Below are positions 1 through 8,672 of a stretch of DNA of 35,841 nt, piece after piece (the first letter of the stretch is position 1; each line of letters begins with the position of its first letter). Below the pieces are notes generated by a model, which worked only from the letters and a program-made list of their open reading frames with translations, was not told where the DNA came from and did no database searches. The DNA comes from a virus (taxonomy: Duplodnaviria > Caudoviricetes): positions 1-35,841 of the IMG/VR virus record IMGVR_UViG_3300017913_001966; one strand, written 5' to 3'. A program made the translations under genes and the position numbers.

Positions 1-200
1 CAGAGCTCGGTAGGACGGTGGTCTTTACGATCGCTTCTTGCGTAGGGCCAGCAATAGCTGCATCTGTAGTTGCAGAATCTACCAAGTAGCCAACTAACTG
101 TAAACATATCGCGATAAAGCATAGTGCGCTGACCCACACGTACAATATCTTCATACGGCGTTTTAGTAAAGTCATACTCGCTCCATTTCAAGTCGCCCAT
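1..200 (-). CDS. Radical SAM protein, N-terminal part only (runs off the left edge)
   Basis: Not in the ORF track. Manual translation from ATG at 200 gives MGDLKWSEYDFTKTPYEDIVRVGQRTMLYRDMFTVSWLLGRFCNYRCSYCWPYARSDRKDHRPTEL, with a CxxxCxxC motif. An AAAGGA SD lies upstream. The motif context matches 17719..18693. Confidence 0.85.
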   Translation of the reverse strand, partial: MGDLKWSEYDFTKTPYEDIVRVGQRTMLYRDMFTVSWLLGRFCNYRCSYCWPYARSDRKDHRPTEL

Positions 201-205
201 GTGTA

Positions 206-1069
206 TTATCCTTTCGGGTTTGGAATTTTATTATAATAGGTTTCTTTCCAAAAGTCAAGACGGTCTGCAAACTTTTCTTTCCAGTCCAAAAAATGTTGAT
301 AGCGCATGTCTCTGTAGTTTTCAAATATTTCATAATACACTGATTCATTGATGTCTTGATTTATATTTTGTTTTATCCATGCCAGCAGTTCGTCTGGTTT
401 ATTGTCCAATACCATCTGTATAAAATCAATTTGCAGTGTATCTGCTTCTACAGTTCCTCTGGCAGTGGCTATCCAACTTGCTTGCTTGGTAATAAATGGT
501 TCAACTGTTTCATGTGTTTGATTATCTAAATTTGCACTGTGCGCAATACAACAGGTCCATAGAAAACTGTCATAGCTGTTGCACACCACATGCACAGGCA
601 AATAACTCCAGCCAATCGACTCAACACCCTGTCGCCATGCTGATACCCAACTACGATTATGATGCTCCAGCATGTTTCCGCCAGGGTGTCCTGCTGCCCA
701 TATGGTGTGTGAATTTGCCAATGCGTCCCAGAACTGCTGTTTTGTTTGAAGATGATCTCTGTTGGCATACATGCTCAAACCCACAGCACTGATCAGCATG
801 GTCTGTATATAGTTCTGCATAACAGGAATACGTTGAAAATGTTCAGCAGCAAACTGTATACCAGAGATCATACGCTTGTCTGGCAGGTTCAACCCACTGG
901 CTACCAGCCGTTGTTGTCGTTTGTTTACACTGCTTTTGCCAAAGCCAAATGTGCCTTTGCTGGTACTGCCGGCTAACATGCTGAACATGTCTCCGCCAGC
1001 ACCAGGTGCAAATTCCAAATATACCAGTCGCTTAGGACCCAGTCCTAGCCAATCTTCAGTTCTTCCCAT
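206..1069 (-). CDS. Hypothetical protein with a sulfotransferase/P-loop-like N-terminal motif
   Basis: Long ORF (ATG at 1069, alternative TTG at 1075). The N-terminal LVYLEFAPGAGGDMFSML resembles IVSYMPGTGGEWLCGFL in 1853..2917. Function is inferred only. Confidence 0.6.
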   Translation of the reverse strand: MGRTEDWLGLGPKRLVYLEFAPGAGGDMFSMLAGSTSKGTFGFGKSSVNKRQQRLVASGLNLPDKRMISGIQFAAEHFQRIPVMQNYIQTMLISAVGLSMYANRDHLQTKQQFWDALANSHTIWAAGHPGGNMLEHHNRSWVSAWRQGVESIGWSYLPVHVVCNSYDSFLWTCCIAHSANLDNQTHETVEPFITKQASWIATARGTVEADTLQIDFIQMVLDNKPDELLAWIKQNINQDINESVYYEIFENYRDMRYQHFLDWKEKFADRLDFWKETYYNKIPNPKG

Positions 1070-1896
1070 GTCCAACTTTTGTTTACTGTTTCTGTATGCA
1101 TTTCAATGCCGTGGGTACCAACACTAAAAATATCGCCTAGTTTTCTTGTAGGGTATTCGCTTGACATTTGGTTTCTATGATATCTGTCTACTACTCCTAC
1201 TGCATAAGTGGTATCCAGTATTTTGGCTTTTTCGGCAATAAAATCATGTGCACCTGCATAGTTTTCATAAAATGGTTTCAACTTTCCCCAAACATTTGCT
1301 GGATAGTTTTCCCAAATATGTCGATAATTTGCACACTCAAACATTAAATCGCTGCCGTCTAATCCGCTTCTGTACATGGCTTTATACTTTGCATCATCGT
1401 CGATCAGTTTCTTTTCATAACGCATTAGCCAATTGTTGCTGCCACTGAAATCGTGATCTGGGAATAAATCGTCATGCCAACTGACTTCTCTCCACAGTAC
1501 TCTTACTTTGCTGATACTGTGTACCAATCCTGAACAGATAACTGCAATTTTGTCGTTGCTAGGATGCCGCATTTGTCCTTGTTTGTAATGCCAGTGCACA
1601 TGAACTGGTGCAAACAATCCATCTTTGTTTATACTGTCTGCCAGTATAGCAGCTTTGTGTAAAAAGAATTCGTCTGCACCGCCGCTGGTGTGTTCAGCAG
1701 TTTTTGCATCAATTTGCAACCAGTCTGTATAATCTCGACTGTTTTGCATAATACTGCGCAACCGTATGTGCATTTCTTTACCACCGTCTAGTGGTAATAC
1801 GTCCTCAATAGGTACATTGATTAGCCAATCTTTTGTGCCTGCGTGTTTGTTTTCAAAGTAATGCTCTAGTGGTCTGTCTCTTGTATAATCTTGCAT
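1045..1896 (-). CDS. Hypothetical protein, possible ParB/sulfiredoxin-like domain
   Basis: 283 aa ORF. LADSINKDGLFAPVHV resembles the ParB-N motif LxxSIxxxGxxxPIxV. Confidence 0.55.
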   Translation of the reverse strand: MQDYTRDRPLEHYFENKHAGTKDWLINVPIEDVLPLDGGKEMHIRLRSIMQNSRDYTDWLQIDAKTAEHTSGGADEFFLHKAAILADSINKDGLFAPVHVHWHYKQGQMRHPSNDKIAVICSGLVHSISKVRVLWREVSWHDDLFPDHDFSGSNNWLMRYEKKLIDDDAKYKAMYRSGLDGSDLMFECANYRHIWENYPANVWGKLKPFYENYAGAHDFIAEKAKILDTTYAVGVVDRYHRNQMSSEYPTRKLGDIFSVGTHGIEMHTETVNKSWTWEELKIG

Positions 1897-2917
1897 GGTC
1901 TGACACCGCCTCCAATCTTTCTTTCAAATGTGCACTGGTAATAATATTTTTTGCGTCATCGCCAAAATAAAAGTCGCATAGGGTTTCAAAGTCGTGTTTA
2001 CTGTGTCTATCGATACCCATAAACTCGCACATTTCTAAGTACTTACCATCGTAATCTTGTGTTTGCAACAGTGCCAATAAATCCAACTTGTATTCTTCTA
2101 CAGGCAATGGTAGTCTATAGTCATTGAGCTTTTGTTCTCCAACACCGTCATCCCAATGTCCTCGCAAACTGTCCATTGTTCTATCATGATCCAAATGGTT
2201 GATGGCCATTTTTATAGCATATTGTATTTTTACCCATGTATAAGGTGCACCCAAGTATTCCATAAATTCACGTATTTCGCGCTCTCTGCCCAGTATCTCG
2301 GGATGTTGCTTTACAGCTTTGCTCCACTTGTTTTCAAACTCGTCCCACATGTCCTCGTCGTTTTCGTATTCATGTAGCCAAATTTTCTTTGCAATGTTGC
2401 TGCACAATTGATCCCATGTGCCTGCTTCTGGATCATTGATCAGTGTAATTACTCTGAATCTACGATACTGCTGCGGCCATACTGCAATTTCTTGCCATGC
2501 TTCGTGACTGCGAGTAATGGTCTGATTGGTTTGATTTAGAACCAAGTTGCGTCTAAAGTTTTGTTCTGTGCCCCATTCAATTGCACGACCAACTGCGGTC
2601 TTGAACCATGCTTCGCTGCCATCCCAAGTTTCTTCTTCGTTCCAATACTCGTCTCTGTATTTGTTGCTCATATGGCTGATGTTGCTGCCTTTGATTCTCC
2701 AGCGGTTGTGATTGCTCACACGCTGAGGATTCATATCTGTGTTTTGATGCGACAATGCTGCATGACTTGCCAAAAATCCGCACAGCCATTCGCCTCCAGT
2801 ACCGGGCATGTAACTCACAATTGTGTGTTCTTTATCTATGTAATATTTTTGCCAATCCCAAAAGCTGCTGTCACTTTCGTTGAATTGGGTCAACACTGAG
2901 TTCATTGATATTGACAT
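1853..2917 (-). CDS. Hypothetical protein with a sulfotransferase/P-loop-like motif
   Basis: 354 aa ORF, start uncertain. It has YMPGTGGEWLCGFL, then RSHE, and a C-terminal YLEMCEFMGI reminiscent of sulfotransferase-fold proteins. Confidence 0.6.
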   Translation of the reverse strand: MSISMNSVLTQFNESDSSFWDWQKYYIDKEHTIVSYMPGTGGEWLCGFLASHAALSHQNTDMNPQRVSNHNRWRIKGSNISHMSNKYRDEYWNEEETWDGSEAWFKTAVGRAIEWGTEQNFRRNLVLNQTNQTITRSHEAWQEIAVWPQQYRRFRVITLINDPEAGTWDQLCSNIAKKIWLHEYENDEDMWDEFENKWSKAVKQHPEILGREREIREFMEYLGAPYTWVKIQYAIKMAINHLDHDRTMDSLRGHWDDGVGEQKLNDYRLPLPVEEYKLDLLALLQTQDYDGKYLEMCEFMGIDRHSKHDFETLCDFYFGDDAKNIITSAHLKERLEAVSDHARLYKRQTTRALL

Positions 2918-3428
2918 TAGTCGGTGCCTCTACTATCCATTTTATATAACTTGCTGCATCGTCTGTGTGCATAACACGTCTGTCAGGATGCTTTTCTTGA
3001 TTGTTGTGCAGTGTTCCTAAACTGACAAGACTTACTCTAGGAACTGCTCGTTCTTTCCAAACACTTTGCAATGCCAATTGATTACAATAGCTGCGCAATG
3101 CTTTTTTCTCTTGTTGATATATCCAGCTGCTGCCTTTGGCTGCTCTATCAGTAGTACTGCCCACGCACACAATATGTAGCGTTTTTCCAGCTGTTTCGGC
3201 AGCCTTCCATACTGACTCTAGTATCAGTGTTTGTTCAAAGCGCCATAGTGCACTATTATTTATAAACACATCATAGTCTAGTGCACGTTGTGCGATGCGT
3301 TCTCTTACATCAGGATCGCTGAGATTATCTCCTGTTGCTCTGCTTACAAAGTCAGCAAGCGGAAATACTCCTGCTAGACTACGTGCCAATCCTGATTCAG
3401 GATTACCTGTTATTAGTATTTTCTTCAT
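2871..3428 (-). CDS. Short-chain dehydrogenase/reductase (SDR) family protein
   Basis: Rossmann start KILITGNPESGLA, then DVFINNSA, VGS and a catalytic YxxxK (YQQEK). Confidence 0.8.
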   Translation of the reverse strand: MKKILITGNPESGLARSLAGVFPLADFVSRATGDNLSDPDVRERIAQRALDYDVFINNSALWRFEQTLILESVWKAAETAGKTLHIVCVGSTTDRAAKGSSWIYQQEKKALRSYCNQLALQSVWKERAVPRVSLVSLGTLHNNQEKHPDRRVMHTDDAASYIKWIVEAPTNVNINELSVDPIQRK

Positions 3429-4503
3429 TGGGATGCCATCCTACTGTGTTCCATATATCTTGATTTCTAGTGATATTCCAGTGTTCTACCAATTGATGTA
3501 ATTTTTCTGGAAATTTTTGTGGTTCGTCAAATTCGTTTACAATACCTTCCCAGTCTGCTTGATCAAAACAGTCCACCACTGCTGGATGATCCATCAATTC
3601 ACGTGCACGACTTTTTGCACTGTCTGGTAAATTCCATACACCCATATGCGGCATATCATTTAGAAAGTTTACATTGCTGCGAGGACCTGCAAATTCACAC
3701 CACTGTACAATGTTCATAATGTTTAGTGCATTTGGCACCAAGCTCATTGTCCAGTCTATGTCATTGTTGGCTCCATATTCTCTTAGCATTTCAAATTGCC
3801 CCTGAAACCAATCCCATGTATAAGGATATCGTTGAATGGCATAGTAATCTCCTACACCGTCAATGCTGATATCCAAATGCGGTTGTCTAAATTCGCTGAG
3901 TACATACAGTATGTTTTCGTTCCAGCTGCCGTTTGTTGTAATTACAATTTGTAAATCTTTGTGCAATTTATTGAGAAAACTGTACAGTCTATTGTTCAAA
4001 AAAGGTTCACCACCGGAAAAATGTATTTTTTTGATTGGGTGCTGCTTGACCAGCAGTTGTAGTTCATTCCAAAATTCATTGCTCTTGTACCAGCTTTGAT
4101 TTTGTGGTTCATAACTCAACTGCTGCTGAAAGAAATTGTTTATGGTTGGATTGTCGCTGCCTCGACGCATGTCCTGTGCAACACCGCTGCTGCGACTGGG
4201 ATTGCAAAACACACATGCCATATTGCATGCAGTGCCTAATGTAATAAACAGTTCTTCAATGTCTTCGGCTGCACTGTGTTCTTCGTTGCTTTGCAAACGC
4301 ATGCTGTTACTGCCACGCTGTTCTTGTGCATAGCATTGTTTGCATCCACGCACTGGTCTTCCGGCATTCATCAGACGCTTGGTTTCTACAGGGTCATAGT
4401 CGCCGGTGCTGCGTATGAAAAGACAGCAAGGACCTTTGTATCCGTTGCTGTCCCAATGTATCTGTCTATATGGTTCTATGCACCAGGTGTCTTGTTGATC
4501 CAT
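3403..4503 (-). CDS. Radical SAM protein with N-terminal twitch/SPASM-like Cys domain
   Basis: N-terminal WCIEPY...GPCC...CKQC, then CNMACVFC, FSGGEPF, TTNG and SIDG. Confidence 0.9.
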   Translation of the reverse strand: MDQQDTWCIEPYRQIHWDSNGYKGPCCLFIRSTGDYDPVETKRLMNAGRPVRGCKQCYAQEQRGSNSMRLQSNEEHSAAEDIEELFITLGTACNMACVFCNPSRSSGVAQDMRRGSDNPTINNFFQQQLSYEPQNQSWYKSNEFWNELQLLVKQHPIKKIHFSGGEPFLNNRLYSFLNKLHKDLQIVITTNGSWNENILYVLSEFRQPHLDISIDGVGDYYAIQRYPYTWDWFQGQFEMLREYGANNDIDWTMSLVPNALNIMNIVQWCEFAGPRSNVNFLNDMPHMGVWNLPDSAKSRARELMDHPAVVDCFDQADWEGIVNEFDEPQKFPEKLHQLVEHWNITRNQDIWNTVGWHPNEENTNNR

Positions 4504-5711
4504 TTGTCAAATTCCGGTACTACGTCAAGTATATTTTCATTTCTACTAGAATCGATTGTATGTGTATAGCGTTCAAAATCTTGCCATCTGTCTGACCAAT
4601 CTTCTGCCCACATGTAATCAAGTACACTGTCCAGTTTTTCAACACTGGGTATGTAGGATTCTAATCGTTCAGTGGCTAGCTGTTTTAATTCAGTGGGCAA
4701 CACACGTATGTTCAAGTATTCAGGATGATTTAGAATATTCAAGTACACCGACTTGCCTCTACGCTGTATCCAATCAAACCAACGATCTAGGTGCAGTATG
4801 TTGTAGATTTGCACAGTGGTATGTATGCCCACACGTACACCACTGGTTTTTTCCATCTCCAAAAATCGTGCTAGATTCTTTTCTACCAGTTTCCAATTTG
4901 TTGGATAGCGTATATATCTATTCAAATCACCTACAGCATCGACGCTGCAATTCAATTTTACTTTGTGAAAACGATCCCAATAGTCTACCATGCGCTGTGG
5001 AATATTTGTAAGATTTGTGTTGTACTTGAGTGTGATGTTTTCGTTTAGCCCACGTTCTATTAGGAAGTCAAACAGTCTAAACTGTGCCAGTGCCAGTGTT
5101 GGTTCGCCACCTGTGAGATATATTTCTTCAATGGTGTCTGCAACATTCATAAAGTTTTCCCAAACATACTTTTTGTTTGGCCACTCTTTGCTCCAACCGT
5201 CTAGTCTTTCCAACTCGGCATCATCCAATGGCGCTTCATTGTAGCGTTCAGTGCCTATACTGTTCCATTCTTTTACCCATTGATTGCTGGCATACGGATT
5301 GCACATTCTGCATTTGAGATTGCACAAGTTGCCCAAACGCAGGTCCACATACTGTGCACGTACAGGAGGATTCACTGTGTTGTAGTCTACAGAATCGTCA
5401 TACCAACCTTCGTTCCAACTTTCTCTTGCGCTTTTTACACCCGAGTCTTCTTCACGAAAACAACGAGCACACATTTCTGGGCGCTCGCCATCTAAGAACT
5501 GTTGTCTAATCTTGGTTAGTGTAGGTGAATTCCATGCTTCACGCAAATCGTGTTTGTGCAGTTTGTACTTGCCGCCGTCTGGGTGTTCTAATCCGTTTTT
5601 GCCAGGTGTACTATTACAGCACACTCTCAGTGTGCCGCTTGCATTTGTTGCTACATGCATCCATGGCAATACGCAAAATGTATCGCTAGGCAGATTCTTC
5701 TTCATTGACAC
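4476..5711 (-). CDS. Radical SAM protein with N-terminal twitch/SPASM-like Cys domain
   Basis: FCVLPW...RVCC...CARC, then DLRLGNLCNLKCRMC, LTGGEPT, YNTN and YIRYP. Confidence 0.92.
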   Translation of the reverse strand: MSMKKNLPSDTFCVLPWMHVATNASGTLRVCCNSTPGKNGLEHPDGGKYKLHKHDLREAWNSPTLTKIRQQFLDGERPEMCARCFREEDSGVKSARESWNEGWYDDSVDYNTVNPPVRAQYVDLRLGNLCNLKCRMCNPYASNQWVKEWNSIGTERYNEAPLDDAELERLDGWSKEWPNKKYVWENFMNVADTIEEIYLTGGEPTLALAQFRLFDFLIERGLNENITLKYNTNLTNIPQRMVDYWDRFHKVKLNCSVDAVGDLNRYIRYPTNWKLVEKNLARFLEMEKTSGVRVGIHTTVQIYNILHLDRWFDWIQRRGKSVYLNILNHPEYLNIRVLPTELKQLATERLESYIPSVEKLDSVLDYMWAEDWSDRWQDFERYTHTIDSSRNENILDVVPEFDKWINKTPGA

Positions 5712-5916
5712 GTTCTTTTATTTCGCTTTCTGGTAAACATTGAACACTGAGCAACTCGTCGTTGAATCCTGCTATAGCAATAACCTCTATAGCAAGTGTG
5801 CTGGCATTGCTGGGTTCGTTCACATAGTCTACACATTCATTTCTGTTGTCAAACTTCAGTGTTTTGATTGCAAATGGATCTGCTGTTGCCATTACGACAA
5901 AAATTAGCCATGTCAT
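5686..5916 (-). CDS. Small secreted or membrane-anchored hypothetical protein
   Basis: 76 aa with a hydrophobic N-terminus and two Cys. ATGA overlap with the upstream gene. Confidence 0.65.
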   Translation of the reverse strand: MTWLIFVVMATADPFAIKTLKFDNRNECVDYVNEPSNASTLAIEVIAIAGFNDELLSVQCLPESEIKERVNEEESA

Positions 5917-6200
5917 GCTTTTGGTCCTGTGTACAATGGAACTTTCAATGTGAGTTCATTTAGACTGTTGTTTATTTCTTCAACAGCGGCATGTGCACAT
6001 CCTAGTTCAGTAACTGTAGCTGTTTCACCGTAGTTGCGTTTTGTATAATCTTTGATACCCTCTATGATATCTCGTTTGTACTGCCCATACATGGCAATGC
6101 ACTGTTCGTGTTGTTGAAATGTATGTGACCAACTTATCTCTTGGTGAACAACACCGTCTGGCATTGTAATCATTGCATAGTATACTATTGCCCATTTCAT
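5913..6200 (-). CDS. Small secreted or membrane-anchored hypothetical protein
   Basis: 95 aa with a hydrophobic N-terminus (MKWAIVYYAMITM) and two Cys, a layout similar to 5686..5916. Confidence 0.65.
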   Translation of the reverse strand: MKWAIVYYAMITMPDGVVHQEISWSHTFQQHEQCIAMYGQYKRDIIEGIKDYTKRNYGETATVTELGCAHAAVEEINNSLNELTLKVPLYTGPKA

Positions 6201-6201
6201 C

Positions 6202-6402
6202 TTAGTTGTCCTTTACATTCATATTACTAGGATCATATATAGATCCATTATAGCCACTACCAGATCCATCTACACCCGAGTTGCAAGCAAATACAACTAG
6301 ACACAAAAAGAAAGCACTCCACAGTGTAGCACGTTTACTCCAAAGGATGAAACCATCCATTGCTTCTTCGGCTTGTTTCTGTGCTTGTTCTGCAGGTGTC
6401 AT
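6202..6402 (-). CDS. Small single-pass membrane protein, resembling aa3-type cytochrome c oxidase subunit IV
   Basis: 66 aa. AEEAMDGFILWSKRATLWSAFFLCLVVFACNS resembles the alphaproteobacterial subunit IV pattern (GFI, TM helix, ending ANS), followed by a Gly/Ser-rich tail. Confidence 0.5.
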   Translation of the reverse strand: MTPAEQAQKQAEEAMDGFILWSKRATLWSAFFLCLVVFACNSGVDGSGSGYNGSIYDPSNMNVKDN

Positions 6403-6812
6403 GTTCTATTGCCTCGTAAAGCAAAGTACATGCCCCCAACCCAGAGCATAACATGGAATGGATCATCTACAACGAATTGAAAGATATTTTCAGGTTGAAA
6501 AGTCCAAATTACACCAGTCATAATACTTGCTAGTGTAATACCCGAAAAACGAGTGATCAAATCACCTAGTTCTTTGAGCCAGTTTTTAGCATGCGATAAT
6601 AGTCCGCCTACAATCAAACCTAATCCGCCGCCAATTTCGCCAAGTACAACAAAAGTCCAAACCAACAGTGTTAGTTCATATGCTTCTGCTACTTCTGCAT
6701 CAATGGGCCATTTGTCAAATCCTTGTTGTAGAAATACTACAATAAGTGGTACACGTATAAGCCAATGGCTCATACAAAATTCTGGTATTTTATTTACTAA
6801 TTCTTTGATCAT
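6399..6812 (-). CDS. DoxX family membrane protein
   Basis: 137 aa with about 4 TM segments. LIRVPLIVVFLQQGFDK and GEIGGGLGLIVG match the DoxX pattern. Confidence 0.8.
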   Translation of the reverse strand: MIKELVNKIPEFCMSHWLIRVPLIVVFLQQGFDKWPIDAEVAEAYELTLLVWTFVVLGEIGGGLGLIVGGLLSHAKNWLKELGDLITRFSGITLASIMTGVIWTFQPENIFQFVVDDPFHVMLWVGGMYFALRGNRT

Positions 6813-7930
6813 ATGTACTCCAATACTTCAAGATCGTGTGTCGTTAGTGACAACTCCCTATACTTTGCCTTAGCTTGGAGATCCTTTTTCATTGCTTCTA
6901 TTATAACAGGATCATGCTTACTGGTCAACAATTTTCTAACAACCGGGCGCAATTCGTGGTGCCCGCTTGCTTCGATTCTTGCAACACTTTTGCGTATAAC
7001 CTGATCTGGTAAGTGGCGAGGATCATACCACTGTGGTCGTTCTACCATGTTATTGAAATCCACTGAGTAACCCTCAAAGTATTCGTGAATATCAACCAAG
7101 TTCAACACGTTTAGACTGCTCACAGTTGTTACAATATTTGTTTGATAACTGAGTGTAGCCAGTGCCCAGAACTTATTTATAAAGTTATTCCATGTTGCAG
7201 GGTATCTTGTAACGTTGTAAATGGATTCTACGCCGTCTACACTGATGTTCAGTGTTACTTTGCGAAACTGTTCCAGTATGGTGTGCCAGTTGTCGTTTAT
7301 ATCATATCCATTGGTTACAAACTCCAGTTCGAGATCTGTGCGACCTTCACTGATCAGTTGCAGTAGATATTGTCTTACGTGTGGATTTACAAAAGGTTCA
7401 CCGCCTGTGAATTTTACTGTGAGCAGGTCGGGATTGGCTGCAACATCAATCTGTTTGAACCATTTGGTATTCCATCGCATCACTGCAAAATTTTCTCTAT
7501 TGGTTTGTTCGTTCCAATCGTCAGGATTGCTGTTGGCCCATTCCCAAAGTATTCCATGACTGCTGTGCCCGCTGCAGGTTGTGCACATGAGATTGCATGC
7601 ATTTCCAAACTTGAAATCAGCATACACTGTATGATCTACCTGTGTTTGGTGATAGTGGTTGTAATTGGTATTGAATTGTGCACGAGTACGCATACTGGGT
7701 GTATTCATATACTCGTTGTCTGCACATTCTGTACATCCACTCGGCCAACGTCCTCGTATCAGCTGGCTGCGTATTTCCTGCATTTCGTTTGTGTTCGCTG
7801 CCTGCTTCCAGTCGCCTGTGAATTTTTCGTCTTGTTGATTTTCATACACACAGCAAGGCTTTACCACACCCTGTGTGTTTGTGCATATTGCATTCCATGC
7901 GTACCAGCAATTAATCGATCCAACCGGCAC
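6809..7930 (-). CDS. Radical SAM protein with N-terminal twitch/SPASM-like Cys domain
   Basis: CWYAW...KPCC...CTEC, then FGNACNLMCTTC, FTGGEPF, VTNG and SVDG. Confidence 0.9.
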   Translation of the reverse strand: MPVGSINCWYAWNAICTNTQGVVKPCCVYENQQDEKFTGDWKQAANTNEMQEIRSQLIRGRWPSGCTECADNEYMNTPSMRTRAQFNTNYNHYHQTQVDHTVYADFKFGNACNLMCTTCSGHSSHGILWEWANSNPDDWNEQTNRENFAVMRWNTKWFKQIDVAANPDLLTVKFTGGEPFVNPHVRQYLLQLISEGRTDLELEFVTNGYDINDNWHTILEQFRKVTLNISVDGVESIYNVTRYPATWNNFINKFWALATLSYQTNIVTTVSSLNVLNLVDIHEYFEGYSVDFNNMVERPQWYDPRHLPDQVIRKSVARIEASGHHELRPVVRKLLTSKHDPVIIEAMKKDLQAKAKYRELSLTTHDLEVLEYI

Positions 7931-8663
7931 GTCTTTTGTAGCTTTCTACACAGCGATCCTTGAAGTAATCTCCCATGCCGCCGTCTACAATCATGTGTAT
8001 GCGAGGCGTGTTGCTGCGATTCCACACTGCGTGATTGTAGTGTGTGTTGATTTTGAAAATACCACCCGGCTCAAAAGGGAACGTGCCCCAGTCTTCCATG
8101 ACCATTGCACAGCCTTCTGGGTTGTTGATAGCAATGTTGGTGGCACCAAATCCTTGACTGTCTTTGTCGCTGTGTGGTGCAATATAACCGCCAGGCAACA
8201 GTACCATAAATCGCACACGTGTATAATCTTCGTAGCGCAAATGGTTTTCCATAAAGTCCACAGTCTTAGGACAAAAACGTGCAATGTCAGTCCAGCGTGA
8301 ATCTGTTTCTTCAAAGTCATCTGGTAATCCATAATCATCTGCACAGTTGGTATGCACACTGCTGATTCCGTGAATACACAAGCTCATCCAGCCTGCACTT
8401 TCTGGTCTGTGATATGTAAAACATGCTGTGTCCAACAGATGCATAGCTTCTGCTAGTATACCTTCGTGATCCATTTCAATACCATCTACACGAAGCCATG
8501 GATTGGTACTGTGATCCAACATCATATCATTGTCTTCTGGATCTTTCACCAGCAACGGATCAAAGTGATGTTCTTTGTTTTTGTGTTCATGTTCTGCATA
8601 AAATTTTCTTACTGCATCTGTTGCTTGCAATTTTTGAGGTACTTCATATCCGTCTAACCACAT
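7911..8663 (-). CDS. Aspartyl/asparaginyl beta-hydroxylase-like Fe(II)/2OG dioxygenase
   Basis: RVRFMVLLPGGYIAPHSD (HxD) followed by HAVWNRSNTPRIHMIVD. AGGAG SD upstream. Confidence 0.85.
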   Translation of the reverse strand: MWLDGYEVPQKLQATDAVRKFYAEHEHKNKEHHFDPLLVKDPEDNDMMLDHSTNPWLRVDGIEMDHEGILAEAMHLLDTACFTYHRPESAGWMSLCIHGISSVHTNCADDYGLPDDFEETDSRWTDIARFCPKTVDFMENHLRYEDYTRVRFMVLLPGGYIAPHSDKDSQGFGATNIAINNPEGCAMVMEDWGTFPFEPGGIFKINTHYNHAVWNRSNTPRIHMIVDGGMGDYFKDRCVESYKRRAGWID

Positions 8664-8672
8664 GTTGTTCTC

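Noticed and set aside
5686-6402. Small ORFs as RiPP precursor peptides
   Set aside because: They look like exported or membrane proteins. There is no repeated core motif, and no RRE domain, peptidase or ABC exporter was recognised nearby. A RiPP role is not excluded but is unsupported.
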